Positions 12,711-27,000 of a stretch of 64,000 bases of DNA are shown here, piece by piece. The position numbers and the translations under genes were made by a program. The stretch comes from Cenococcum geophilum. Its lineage: Eukaryota. The stretch lies in contig CP158636.1 in assembly GCA_050273025.1 (NCBI GenBank), positions 7,006,001 to 7,070,000 of the forward strand, in the 5' to 3' direction. The notes below the pieces were generated by a model, which was not told where the DNA came from, did not search any database, and was given only the letters and a program-made list of their open reading frames with translations. Position 1 is the stretch's first letter. The number at the start of each line of letters is the position of its first letter.

Positions 12711-12998
12711 GATACTACAGCGCAGCCTACCTTATATAGAACACGAAGGCGATACTTTAGAGGGTAGTATAAGTAAGGCCTTTCTGGGGTAAAGATAGAA
12801 CTAGTAAGGTGTTAGATTGGGCATATATATAATTATATATTAATAACTATTACGGGACACCCCCATAATACCTTATACACGTCTACCTATTTCTACCGAC
12901 TTAACAACTAGAGACTAACCACGAGACGGCAATCTACTATATTCCGCCAAGTTTTACTAAATCCTACTAAGTTCTGCTAGGATGTAAATCCTACTAAG

Positions 12999-15900
12999 TA
13001 TTACGGCACTAATAGATATTGGTAGATTATAGCGGACAGTTATAGACAGTTGTAGACAGTTGTAAACAGTCGTAGACAGTTGTAAACAGTCGTAGACAGT
13101 TGTAAACAGTCGTAGACAGTTTCACACAGTTCTAAATAGTTGCCGTTACGTAACTAGAGGATCGTATATAACGTTAAGCGGCGCCGCCCTCTGTCTCCTT
13201 TCCTTTCTCTAGCTTTAGATCCTTATTTATAGGCTACCAATTATATAGGCTTGCGCGTCCCTCTTACCGTACTCGTGCCTTAATTAACTAAGTCGCTAAT
13301 ATTATCTAAAGCTTAACTACCTCTTCTTCCTAAAAAGGAACTTAAAAATATTTACGGACTATAAATAAGAACAGAACACAGAAATAGACCTAAAGATTAG
13401 TACTAGAACTTAAAGAATAAAATAGAACTAGAAGAATAGAAAAGAATAATAAGATCTATAGAACACGCACAGACTAGAACCCCTATAGAATCCTATTAAA
13501 AGTTACTATAATAACCGTACTATAATGCTAAGAAATATAGTAGCTGGTAAAGTAGCTATAGGACCCTTAAATACCTCTAATAGTAAAATAGCAACTAACT
13601 TAAACTCCTAGGTAGAGCTTATAGCAGCTAATGCTAAAATTAAATAACTTTAAAAGCTGCTTAAAGCTAGAGAACCTCTATACCTAGCGAAGAGTTATTA
13701 GATACCTAGAGACTTACTATAGTTCTTAAGGCTCTAGCCCAATATATAGCATTAGCATTATTATAGTCCGTAAAGATCATGGACCCCCTATTGCTTATAG
13801 ATGGAACCGACCCTATATTTAATAATTAGAAGCTTTAATTATAGAATAAGCTTAAAGTTAATACGGACCACTTCCCTACCACTTAGGCTAAAATAGCCTA
13901 TATCTTTAGCCGTACTAGTAGGGACGTATAGACGTACCTACGTCCTTGGTACATATAGGACTTAATAAATCCTTTCCTCTCTAAAGAAGAAATAATTATT
14001 TACCTGTCTTCTATTTATAAGGACCCCTTTAAAGTATAAAATACCTAACTTAATTATAAAAGCCTAAATATAAAAACAATAGAGACCTTCTTAGCCTTTT
14101 AAAACCGCTTTCTATACCTAGCCGGCTAGGCTTAAATTCCTTAGAAAGATTTAATGCTAGACCTATTTAATAAGCTTACCCTAGACCTACAGCGAGCCGT
14201 ACTGCTAGTTTTTACTACTATATAGACGCTAAAGAAACTTATAGACTAGTGCTTAGCTATTAACTAAGGCCTCCGCTAAATTAAGGTATATGCTAAACGG
14301 TATAAAGCCAGAAACTCTTTAAATTAAACTATAAGTAATATAAGAACGGCCCGTAATACCCTAATATAATTAGAAACCCCTACAGCACCGCCTGTATAGC
14401 CCGCTACCAATTTAGTAATTAGCTATGCGGCTAGTTCTGCTATAGGTTTAGTAAATACTTAGCCTATATATAGCAACCCCTATATATAGGCCCTTAGTAA
14501 TTAAGGAGCTTACTTCTTTTACGGTTAGAAAGGTTACTATATAAAGGATTGCCTAATAGGCGTAAAAGCGGACAAGGTTTTATTAATCTAGGAGGATAGT
14601 ATAAAGTTATAAAAAAAAAAGGAACCCTAGAGGGAGACTTCTCTCTAGGGTTAAAAGGGATTAATATATTAGATGTTAATCTAGGTCGGCTAGTTAGTAA
14701 AAGAAGCTATACTATCCCTTATACTTTATTCCGCAATAAATACTAAGTTTTAACCTCTGCTTTAGCTAACGCTAGAGTAAATACTTTTACCTTAATAGAC
14801 ACCTAATATACTATAAAGCTAGCTAACTTTCTAAATATACCTATTAAAGAACTACCTAAACTAATTCCTATCTATAGGTATAATGGGTGGATAGGGCTAC
14901 CTATTATAACTATCTTATAGATTTACCTCCGTGTTAACGGATAAAGGTAGTATAATATCCCCTTCCTTATTACGGACCTAAGTAGCTATAATATAATCTT
15001 AAGGCGAAAATAGCTAGCCTATTTAGGCCTATAGCTTAACGTATAGAGTAAACAGCTTATCTAGCCTAAAACCCTACCTTTAACCCCTTCCTTTATAAAA
15101 CCTCGTACGGCCCTAGATTAATACTATTTACTAGGCTAATACTGTGTATAGGGACTAGGCCTTTGAGAAAGATATATAGCTTAATTTGTAATGGATCCGT
15201 ATACTATATCGCCCCTAAACTACCTATATTACGCTACCCGCATTAAAGGCCTAGGAAGTTAGTAGTAATTTAGAAAAGCCCCCTATAAAAAGCTTAGGCC
15301 CTAAGTAGCTACAAAAAATAGTAAGGGATATTAGACATTATACTAAACTAATAAATTGGAGGGATAATCTACGGAAAATAAAATAGGAGCTAAGAAGGAT
15401 TATAAACCCTAAACCGCAAAATATAGTTTAAAAAACGGCTATAAGAAAACTAGTAGATCTCCCACTAGTTAATATCTGCTATATTAGTGCCGTAGAATTC
15501 TACTAGAACTTAGTTTAGCCTAATACTATTACCTTTATAATAAGCTTAACTATATAAAATTAATTAAATAATTAAGGAAAAGGGAAATAAGCTTAGTGGA
15601 TAAGAAAGTAAGCTTATAGATAAGGAACTAGTAGAATAAAAGCTGCCCTATTAACATTAAAAATTTAAGAATATATTTTTTTAAAGTAGCGTCTAATATA
15701 CTTCTACCTTACCGACTATATAACTATAAGATTAAGATTAAGTAGGGTAAGAAAAACACCCTTAGCTTTAGCCCCCTCTATAAGCAGTTTATTACTAAAT
15801 TATAGGCTATAAAGTAGTATCTTATTAATAACCTAAATAAGGGCTTTATTAAGCCTAGCTAAGCCCCTTTTACATTACGTATTCTCTTTATTAAAAAGCT

Positions 15901-18900
15901 AAATAAAGGACTCCGCTTCTATATTAACTACTATAAGCTAAATAATATAACCCGTAAGGACTGCTATCCATTACCCCTACTTAATAAAACTCTAGCCCAA
16001 ATAAGTAGAGCTAAGGTCTTTATAAAGCTTAATATCCGCTAGGCCTTTTACTAAATTAGAATAAACCTTAGGTCTAAAGATCTTATTATATTTTAGACCT
16101 ATTACAAAATATATAAATATAAGGTACTCCCTTTTAGACTAACTAATAGACTAGCTATATACTAGCGGTATATAAATAATATACTCTTTAATTACCTTAA
16201 CGACTTCTATACAGCCTATTTAGATAATATTATAATTTACTCTAAGAACGAGCTAAAATATAAGAAGCACGTCTATAAAGTCCTATAACGGCTTTATAAG
16301 GCTAGCCTCTAGGTTAATATTAAGAAGTTAGAGTTTAATATTAAGTATATAAAATACTTAGGTTTTATTATTAGTATAAACGGAATTAAAACCAACCTAG
16401 AGAAGACGGCTGTAATTAACTAGTAGGCACCCCCACGGACCGTAAAGGGGGTATAATTATTTTTAGGTTTTTATAACTTCTACTAACGCTTTATTAAGAA
16501 CTGCAGTAAAATTACCTAGCCTCTTAACCGTCTTACTAGAAAAGACTAGCCCTTTTACTTTAACGCTATATATAGGCAGGCCTTTAATAAGCTTAAGAAA
16601 CGGCTAGTATTAGCTCCCCTACTTGCCTATTTTAACCTAAAACGGCTCTTAATACTAGAAACTAATACCTTAAATAGCGCGATAGCTAGTGTTTTTTTCC
16701 TAGAAGTAACTAGATAGAGAGTAGTACCCTATTATATACTATTTAAAGACTATAATAAATCCTAAGCTAAACTACTATATCCATAATAAAGAAATGCTAG
16801 CTATTATCTCTAGCTTTTAGCACTGGCGTATATAGCTAGAGGGGACCCCTAATCTAATTAAGGTAGTTTTAGATTATAAGGCCCTAGAATACTTTATAAT
16901 AACTAAGGCCCTTATAGCCTAATAGGCACGCTAGGCGAATACCCTATTTTAGTTTAACTTTTTAATTATATATAGACCGGGCGCTATAAACTATATAGAC
17001 GCTCTTATAAGACGTAAGTAAGACCTAAAGGACTAGATGGCTATAAAGATCTTATTATAGACCTAGACGCTACTATAACTAAAATACCTTAACCCCTAAA
17101 TACGGGCAGAACTAAATATAGACTCCTTAGGCGCTAAAATATATCCTATTAACTCCTTTAAACTTAACCTTATTAATAAACTACTATAGGCTAACTAAAC
17201 AACTCCCTCTCTATAGGAGTACCGTAAAAAGGTAAAGAACGTTACTAGCCTATAGTCCCTTAAAAACGGACTACTTAAGTACTAGAAACGGCTAGTAGTA
17301 GCTAAAAAATAGAACTTACGGACCCGGCTTATTGCCGAAGCTTATACCTAGGTCTTTACAGCCTACTCTAAAAAAAATAAGACCTATAAGATTATTGGCG
17401 ACCGCTACTACTAGCCTAAAATAGTTATAGATATTAACCGCTATATACGGAACTGTAATAACTGCTGTAAATTTATAATTCTATAAGATAAGACCCTAGG
17501 ACTATTAAAACCACTCCTAATACTAGAACGCCCTTAGTAGTATATCTTTATAGACTTTTATAAACTACCTATAGACTATAACAGATATAATATAGTTATA
17601 ATTCTAGTTAACCGCTTTAGCAAGCGCCCGTTCTTAATCCCCTATTATAAGAATATTAATGCTAAAGAGGCGGCCTAACTATATATTTACTACGTCTACT
17701 AAATTTACGGACTACTAAATACTATTATATCCAATTATAGGCCGTAATTTATTTTAGCTTTCTAGAATAAGTTTATCTAGATCTTAGGTATTAAGCTAAA
17801 GCCTTCTATAGTATACCACCCCTAAATAGATAGTTAAACGGAAATTGTAAATTAATACTTAGACTAGAGACTTCGGCCCTTTATTAACTACTTCTAAAAT
17901 AACTAAGCTAAACTGCTACCCCTAATAGACTACCCCTAAGCGACCCTACCTTATAACTCTATAGGATTTGCCCCTATCTAGCTAGAAATGGGCTACTTAC
18001 CCTATATAAGCTTTAACTAGAAAAGACTAAAAGGACCCCAGACTATACGCAAAAAACTATCTTATAAGGAAGCCTAGTAGTACGCTAAGCGCTTAGAAGA
18101 AGCCTAGACGGTAGCCCGTATAAATCTAGAAAAGGCCTAGAAATTAATATAATAGTAGGCGAATAAGTATAGGCGAGAGCCTAACTTTACCGTAGGAGAT
18201 ATAGTCTAGGTTATAATAAAGAACGAGAAGACGGAACGACTTAGCTATAAGCTAAACTATTAGATAGTAGGACTGTATAAGGTTCTTAAGAAGATAGGCA
18301 ACGCGTATAAAGTAAAGCTCCCAGATTTAATTAAAGTTTACCCTATTTTCTTTTTAAATAAACTACAAAAAGCCGTAAACAACTTATTACCTAGATAAAA
18401 GAATAAACCTCCCCTACCAATCTAAGTTAATAGCGATAATAAATAGGAAATTAAAGAAATACTGGCCTATAAGCTTATAAGGGGAATATTAAAATATTAT
18501 ATTAGTTAGAAAGGGTACGACTTAGACCCTACTTAATACCCTATATAGAACTTTATAGGTAGTCCCTATAAGCTTTAGAAATTCTATAATTATTACCCTA
18601 ATAAATCTAGACCCCTAAAGTACCTTAACAAGTAAATAGAGTGCTAAAATAGCGAAGACGATAAGCTGCCTATTAAGTAAAAAGATAAAAATACCCTATG
18701 GACATAATATGGACGTATAAAGCCTAAGAGCAGGCTTTTTAGGAGGGGGGGGGTAATATTACGGCACTAATAGATATTAGTAGATTATAGCGGATAGTTA
18801 TAGATAGTTGCAGACAATTATAAACAGTCGCAGATAGTTTTATACAGTTTTAGATAGTTGCTGTTACGTAACTAGAGGATTGTATATAACGTTAAGCGGC

Positions 18901-19019
18901 GCCGCCCTTTATCTCCTTTCCTTTTTCTAGCTTTAGATCCTCGTTTATAAACTACTAATCGTATAGGCTTGCGCATCCCTCTTGCTGTACTCGTGCCTCG
19001 ATTAACTAAGTCGCTACTA
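12999..19019 (+). mobile_element. Full-length Gypsy LTR retrotransposon (gag-pro-RT-RH-INT-chromodomain), RIP-inactivated
   Basis: LTRs at 12999-13301 and 18757-19019. TSD CTAAG/TTAAG. G-rich PPT before the 3' LTR. RT motifs LRF.INY.KLN.IT.KD.YPLP and AYLDNI (~16213). RNase H ET(D)..N.AIA and integrase YHP..D..TE remnants. Confidence 0.95.
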
Positions 19020-19670
19020 TTAAGTCTTACTAGGACCTAAATCCCACCCTACTCTGTGCACGTGTTGACTAAGTAACTAAGTTAACAATATATACCCTTT
19101 CTCCCCGTTTTCCTACCTTCTCTTCTTACGTAACGTTTTAATCTTATTATATAGTTTATATATATAGCTTAATAATATCTACTTTGCTATATATTATCGC
19201 CGCTTATACTTACTCTATAACACTATATTATATTAAATCTATACTTTATACTACCCTACCTAGTATATAGAATAACTTAAAAGCCCTTATATCTATAACT
19301 AACCTACGCGATATATTTACTAGATATAGATAGTAGGGTTTTTTTTAGTTATATAACTGGCTTTATCTAAGTAGAGAGGTAGCGGAAAATACTTAGTATA
19401 TATATAAGCTAAATATCGACCTAAAACTTTAGAGGTTATATTAGTCCTTAGTTAAGCGACTAATATTTAAAGCTCTAACTAATTAACTAAATCCGTCGCA
19501 GATTAGATAAAGCTAATAATAACTTCTTAATATATATATAGAGGCTTTAGAGCCACATTTAATAAAGCAGAGTTCTTATTCTTAATTGTCCTATTTAATA
19601 CTAAATTATACCCTTAAATATTGCTTAAGATATAGTTAAAAGTAGAACTAGGAAAGAAAATTAATAAAAC

Positions 19671-20800
19671 ATGTTATCTAAAAATGTTCTACTCGGCTTA
19701 GCGTAGCTTATAGATAGCGAGAAATATAGCAACTTAAAACTTATATACTAGGGGCCAGAGTTTAAAGTCTATAAAGCGATTATATACATCCAATCTCCTA
19801 TACTTGCAGCTACCTATAATAGAGGCTTTTAGGTAAAAGCTAACTAAATATCTAGTAAAATTAACCCTAACTAGGAACTAACTAATAGGTAGGAGGCGGT
19901 GACTAATATTATAAATATTAACAAGTTTAATTCTGGCACTATTAAGAGAATAATCTAATTTATATATAAGTGGAACTATAATAATAGCGAGGAGGAGTAA
20001 GGATCTAATATTGCGAGTATAGAAAAGCTCGGCTAAGGTAAGGGATATATTCGCACGCTAATCTAATTTATCCGTACTTAAGCTTTAATCTATAGAATTA
20101 GAGGTAGCGTAACTTAACGACGCTAATGCCTTATCGCCATCCAAACTAGGTAGTAGCGGTAGCAATAATAAAGACATAACAATACGGCCGATAACGGCCT
20201 ATATTATACTTTACCACATCTATATTAATATAATTACCAATTATTACAATATACTACAGCTAAAAGAGCTTGTAAATATAAAAATCCAACATATTTTAGG
20301 AACTAGCTAGTCTATAGGTAGGTTCCCTAATATTATTAGAGATGTCTTTAGCCTAACGGGCGACTTAGTATTATATAATATAATTACCTTAATAGCGGCC
20401 AAGTATATTAAAGAGCTTATTAAACTTAAGGACTTTATAGAGCTGGATGTTATAAGCGATTTCGCTATTAGTATTATATGGACAGTAATTACTATATCTA
20501 AGGATATAGAGGAAATTTTATATAGAAACTTTAAGCTATCTAATATTAGCTATAATAAACAGAATTACTACTTTAATCCGCCAAGGCGAGGTACGCTACG
20601 GCTAAGCGTAAAAGCAAAAATATTAATAACTATCTTTATACTCTCTACACGACCAGGGCCTATTATAATATTAGTTACAGCGCCAAGTTTATATATTATA
20701 TTAATGATAGTAGTTATCTATCTAACCCTAATTACCCTTATATACTTTATTATAAAAAGTGCTAGTAAAGATATATAGCTTAGGAGATCGGCTTAGGTAG
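19671..20800 (+). pseudogene. BTB/POZ-domain protein pseudogene (RIP-mutated), probable cargo of the DUF3435 element
   Basis: Reads SEKYSNLKLIY*GPEFKVYKAIIYIQSPILAATYNRGF* (de-RIPed: SEKYSDLKLVC.G.EFKVHKAIVC.QSPVLAAACDGGFQ). After an intron it reads EAVTNIININKFNSGTIKRII*FIY, and later IINYYNILQLKELVN.KI...FPNIIRDVF...AAKYIKELI. The 3' end is approximate. Confidence 0.75.
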
Positions 20801-21084
20801 GAAATTATTATATAATACTTCTCTTTCTCCACTGAAGTTAATCTAAGAAATTTAAATATATATCTTATTTATAGTCGGTCCGTTAGATATTATATAGTAA
20901 CTATATTATCTATCCCTATTAGCTACCCCTTACCTTACCCTTTATCTTATCCTTTACCCCCCTAGACGAATTATAAAATCCTAGTTATTATATCTATTTT
21001 ACTAAATACTAGAATAGGATTAGATAATAATAGACTAAAATAAAATAAAAAGTAGTAAAGAATAATAAGATAAGCGCGCAATGA

Positions 21085-24000
21085 CTAGGAAAAGGTCCTA
21101 TATATACTATACGCATAGTTCTAAAGATGAATTTTATGCTCAAGGGTTACTTTATAAATATTATATTTAATCTTACCCTACTTTAGGAGTTTAGAGAGAT
21201 ACACTTATTAGAAATGCTTTATAAGAGTCGTTAGAGTATAAAACCTATATATGCGCTTACTAATTACAAGCTTTTTATTCCTAAGGCAGATAAAGTATAT
21301 TTTTAGTCTTTTCTCCTTATATAAGGATGACCTTACCCTCTTTAGCGCTTTAGCCGCTTCTAAAATCTTAGCATCTTCTTTAATCTTAACTTAGCTAAGG
21401 GCGATACTTATCCTAGACTATCTCTAGCAATAACTTAGCTAATATACTCTGCCTTCCTTAATATTGCAGTAATCTACAACTGTATTAATAGTGTTATTGC
21501 GTCTATATATCTTATCTTCTAGTAATATGCTAGGTAGTATTATAATTACTTTAATAAGGCGTTTATATTTAACTAACCTATTATTACTAGATTTTAAGGT
21601 TACTTTAATATCCTTACTAAATATAATCCTAGAAAGTTGCCGCTTAATATTAATTATAGCTTATTCGTTATCCTAATTCTTCTTAATATTTTCTAATAGC
21701 GTATTTCTCTAATATTACCTTTTATTTATAATTTCTTAGCTAAGCTTTTAGTATTCTATACTTCCTATAGTTTTATACTTAAGGCTAAGCTTTAGCTTAT
21801 TTTAAACTTTAATTAAGGAATAAATATATAGGTTCTTATCTAAGAGAGCTACCTCTACCTAAGAGGAACCTAAGATCCAATTAGGATCAGAAATTAAAGG
21901 TAATAATAACGTTATAGACATACACAAATAGATTCGCGCCCTTATAGCCAGCTAGAAAGCTAATTATCTTAAGGTAAAGAATATACAAGAGACCCTATAG
22001 GAGATCCTAGAAAGCCTCGCGGCCTTATAAAATAGCCTAGCTTCCCCTTTTTAAAGTTTTAGCTAACCTGTTTACTCTACTAAATACAATATACTAGGGA
22101 GAACGGATATAATAATGAAGTAATTAAAGTCCGTTAAGTTCTTTAACCCCTAATTACTATCTAATAGGATAGACCCTACCTTTAAGAATTAGAGGATTTA
22201 AGTATAAAGAAAGCTCCGTGTTAACTATAACTATTTCCTTTCTAAAGAAGCCAAAATACTCTACCTCTTTAGTTAAACTACTGGGGACGCCTAACGGCAC
22301 CTTTAAGCCAAGTTTGAGGACAATTCCCCTATCTAATTTATATTTATTAATAAGATAATATAGCACCTAGCAACTATTTATATTAACCTAAATAAAGTAC
22401 AAGATACCTAGTATAACTATAATTACCTAATAATAAAACTAAACTAACCCTTTATTAAATTCTAGACTTAATTCCTATACCTTATAGGAGAAGGCTAGGT
22501 TCCCCTAAAGAACTACTAATTAGACCTATACAATAAGCTAATAATCCAGCTATAAGAGAAGATCGCTATAACCTTAAATAACTTTCTTATATATAATAGA
22601 CTCGCAACTTATTTCCTATTATTAGATTTAGAACTAAAGCAAATTAATACCTGCCCTAATCGGCAGAAGTGACCCTAAAATAATTAAAACTTATTAGTTA
22701 TACCTATAGGAGCTAGAGTAGGAAGATAAGCTACGACCACTCTTATACTAAAAGCGGTTATATCTACGCACCGGTAAGCCCCGCCTAACTAGCTATATAC
22801 TATACCCCTAACTAGTACTCGTTATAATACCCTAATTGACCCTACCTTAGCTATATGCTATAACTGCGATAAAGAAGGTTACTTTACCTTATCCTGCCTA
22901 GAGCTAAAGAATATAGGCGATATTAAGGAGATAGAGGAAGGAGAAACGTCTAAGGAGTTGGGAAAAAAAGAACCCTAGGGAAAGACTCCCCCCTAGGGTA
23001 TCCTATTGATTTTAAAGAGATTAATCTAAGTTAGTTAATAGGTGGAAAACACTTTACGGTTCTATATATAGTATCTTAAAATAGATATAGAGTTAACTTA
23101 ACTGCCCTTATTAATACTAAAGCAAATAGCTTTGCCTTTATAAATACTGCCTATATAATTAACGTTGCCAAGTTTCTAAATATAAAAGCTACCCTACTAG
23201 AGAAGCCTATTTAAGTAAAAGGCTATAATGGTTAAGTCGGTAAGCTGGTTACCTATATCCTAAAGTTATATATTTTCCTTAATAGACAACGCTAATATAG
23301 TATTTCCTTTTGTATTTTAAACCTAGGTTTATATAATATAATCCTTAACTAAAAATAGATATCTTACTTTAATATTTAGTTAAATGTATAGTAAAGATAG
23401 TTTGTCTAGCCGGAGGATAGACCAAAATTACCCTCCTTTATTAGGGAAATCTAAACTAACCGTAAGACACTAGCCGCAAAGGCTAACCCTACCTATTAGT
23501 AGGATGTAACTAATTGTAACCTAGCCTTTACCTAAGAAGATACTTATTGCGAGGCTAGAAGGAACTCTTTTATACTAATAAAGATACTTTTTTAAAGCGC
23601 TATAGTTAACGAAGACTCTATATACGGAAGTAGGATAGATAGTAATATAGACGGTGTCTAAATTGCGTAGATCTAACTGGTATAGAAAAGAACGTACCGA
23701 TAAGATATAAGGGATAACCTCTAAAAGATGCGATAGGAGCTAAAAGGAGTAACAATAACGCTAATACCCTAGAAGCCCCTAAGGTTATATACGTCCTTAT
23801 TATTATATAGCCCCCCTATAGTAGATATTGCCGTAATTAGCGCTATAGCGTTTTACTTTAATATATACCGGAAAGATAATAAGGTCCTTATAACAAGCCT
23901 ATATAAGATTAATTAAATTATTAATAATAGGGAGAAAAAGCTAGCTAAGGAAACCAATAAGGAACTAGTTAAACGCCTCCTTTTTACTATCTATGCAGAT

Positions 24001-27000
24001 TATAAGGACGCATTCTTAAAGACGGCTTTAAATACGCTACTACCTTACCGGATATATAACTATAAGATTTAATTAGAAGCTAATAACTCGCTAGGCTTTA
24101 GCCCCCTTTATTAATAATTAATGGACAAGCTAAAAGTAATAAAGTAGTACTTAATTAATAATCTTAATAAAGGGTTTATTAAGCCAAGTTAAGCCCCTTT
24201 TACTTTACTTATCCTATTTATAAAAAAGCCTAACAAAGGCCTACGCTTTTATATTAACTATTAAAAGTTAAGCGCTATTACCTAAAAGGATTAGTACCCT
24301 CTCCCCTTAATTAATAAGACCCTTATACGTCTAAGCCGGGCAAAGATCTTTACTAAACTTAATATCCGTTAGGCTTTCTACTAAATTTAAATAAACCCTA
24401 CTTCTAAAGACTTAATAACGTTCCGTACCTATTATGGGTCCTATAAATATAAAGTCCTCCCTTTTAGACTTACAAATGGGCCTGCTATATACTAAAGGTA
24501 TATAAATAATGTCCTATTTGACTACCTTAACAAATTCTGCACGGTATACCTAGACAATATTATTATATACTTAGACGACGAACTAGAGCACTATGTTTAT
24601 ATTAAGAAGGTTTTAAAGAGACTGCGGAACGTAGGCTTATAAGTTAATATTAAGAAATATAAATTTAGGATAAAGCGTATAAAGTATCTTAGGTTTATTA
24701 TTACTATAGATAGAATTAAAGTTAATCTAAAGAAGGTCGAAGTAATCCGTAACTAGAAACCCCCTTATACCATAAAAGGGATCTAGTCCTTCCTTAGCTT
24801 TTATAACTTTTACTATTAGTTTATCCATAACTATAAAATAGTAGTAAAGCCTCTTATACAACTTGCCTGGAAAGATACGCCTTTTATCTTTAATAATAAC
24901 TATATAGAAGCCTTTGGGGAGTTAAAAGATCGGCTTATCTCTACTCTAATCCTTTATTACTATAATCTAGACCTTAAATTAATGCTAGAAACGGACGCTT
25001 CTAACGGAGTTATAGCGGGAATCCTATTATAGCTACATCTAGACAGTAAATAGTACCCTATTACCTTTTTCTTAAAAATAATGGACCTAGCTAAGTGTAA
25101 CTATAAAGTATATAATAAAGAAATGCTAGCTATTATCCGATCGTTATCCTAATAGCGCGTAGAGCTTAAAGGCACTAACTCTTAGATTAAAATATATACG
25201 GATTATAAAGCCCTAAAGTACTTTATAACTATAAAGTAATTTACTGGATAATAAGCCCGCTAGGCCAAAATACTCTCCTAATTTTTCTTTATAATTATAT
25301 ATCGTTTTAGTAAATAAAATATTAAAGCTAATATATTAACCCGAAGGGAATAAGACGTAAAACCCTAGGATAAGCTAAAGACCTAATACCGGATGCGCGC
25401 CCTTCTCTACCCTAAATAGCTTAACCTGTAGATTTTTAAAGATAAGAATAAGTTAGCACCTTTAGAGGGAGAAGTCTTAGATAAACTAATAGGGCTAGTT
25501 AACCACATTCTAACTATAAACCGCACGGCTAACTTCCTAAAAGCCCTCCGCAACTAAGCTATAAAAGGTAACCTTAATTTAAAAATAGAAGAAGGACTGC
25601 TTTTATACTAAGAACGGCTTATAGTTCTAGATATTAATAACCTATAGATAGAGCTAATCCGTAAAGCCTACTGTTAAGTCTCTATAGTATACCCTAGTTA
25701 AGATAAGACCTACTAACTACTAGCGCCCCGTTGCTACTAGTGAGGACTTCTATCTAATATAGAACGATTTATTAGAAACTGCTACACTTATAAATACGCA
25801 GATACTCCTAGGGATTAAACCCCTGGGTAGTTATAACTACTGCTTATTCTAGAACGCCCTTAGTAATATATTATAATAGACTTTAAGTCGTTTTTAAAGG
25901 ACGCCTATAGCCATAATGCGGCCTTTATAGTGATTGACCGGCTATATAAGTAATCCGTCTCCCTCCCTTATTTTAAGACTACAACTACGAAGGATATAGC
26001 CCACCTCTACGTTAATAACATTTATTAATTCTACGGTGCCCCTAAATCAATTATTTCTAACTATAGTCCCCAGTATATATTAGATTTTTGGAACAAACTC
26101 TGCCGTATCCTTAGGATTAAGATTAAACTCTCTACTATATTCTACCCTTAGATAGACGGCCAAACTAAGATTATAAACCAGTATCTTAACTAGCGACTAC
26201 GCCCCTTTATAGACTACTATTAGGATAGCTAGTTAGAATTACTACCTATAATAGACTACGCACAGCTTATACTCCCCCATAATAGTATAGGGATATCGCT
26301 ATTTAAACTACTTAATAGGTATACGCCCTAAACGTCCTTTAATTGGGATAGGCCTACTAAACCCACTACGGCTCGCGAATGCCTTAGCCGTAAAGAGGCC
26401 TAGGTATTTACTAAGAGAATATATAGAGCCTAGGAGACCGCCTAAACAATTATAAAAAAGGCGTAAGAGAAAAAGGAGTCCAATGTAAATTAATATTATT
26501 ATAAGGTAGACTTCTAAGTAGGAGATAAGGTATAGGTGTTAATAAAGAACTAAAAAACCTAGAGGCCGAGCCGCAAGCTAGACCATTAAATAGCTAGCCC
26601 ATATAAGATTCCTTAAAAAGTAGGATACTCTTTTAAGGTTAAGCCACCAGAATTAATAAGGATCTACCCTGTCTTTTCCCTAAACCGGCTACAAAAAGCT
26701 ATAGATAATCTATTACCTAGGTAATATAATAACCCCCTACTACTAATCTAGATTACAGAGAATAAAGAATAGGAAGTTAAAAAAAATCCTAGAGGTTAAA
26801 AAGGACCGTAAGGTCTTAAAATACTATATAAGCTAGGTAGGCCACGACAAAGACCTAAAATGGTATCCCGTATCTAACTTTAAGTACTCCCCCTATAAGC
26901 TACGGGACTTCCACCTAGTCTACCCTAACCTCCCTAAACTACTACGCAAGTTAAATAGCTGGATTAAGTGCTGGGAAGAGGGGTTAGATAACTATAACAA

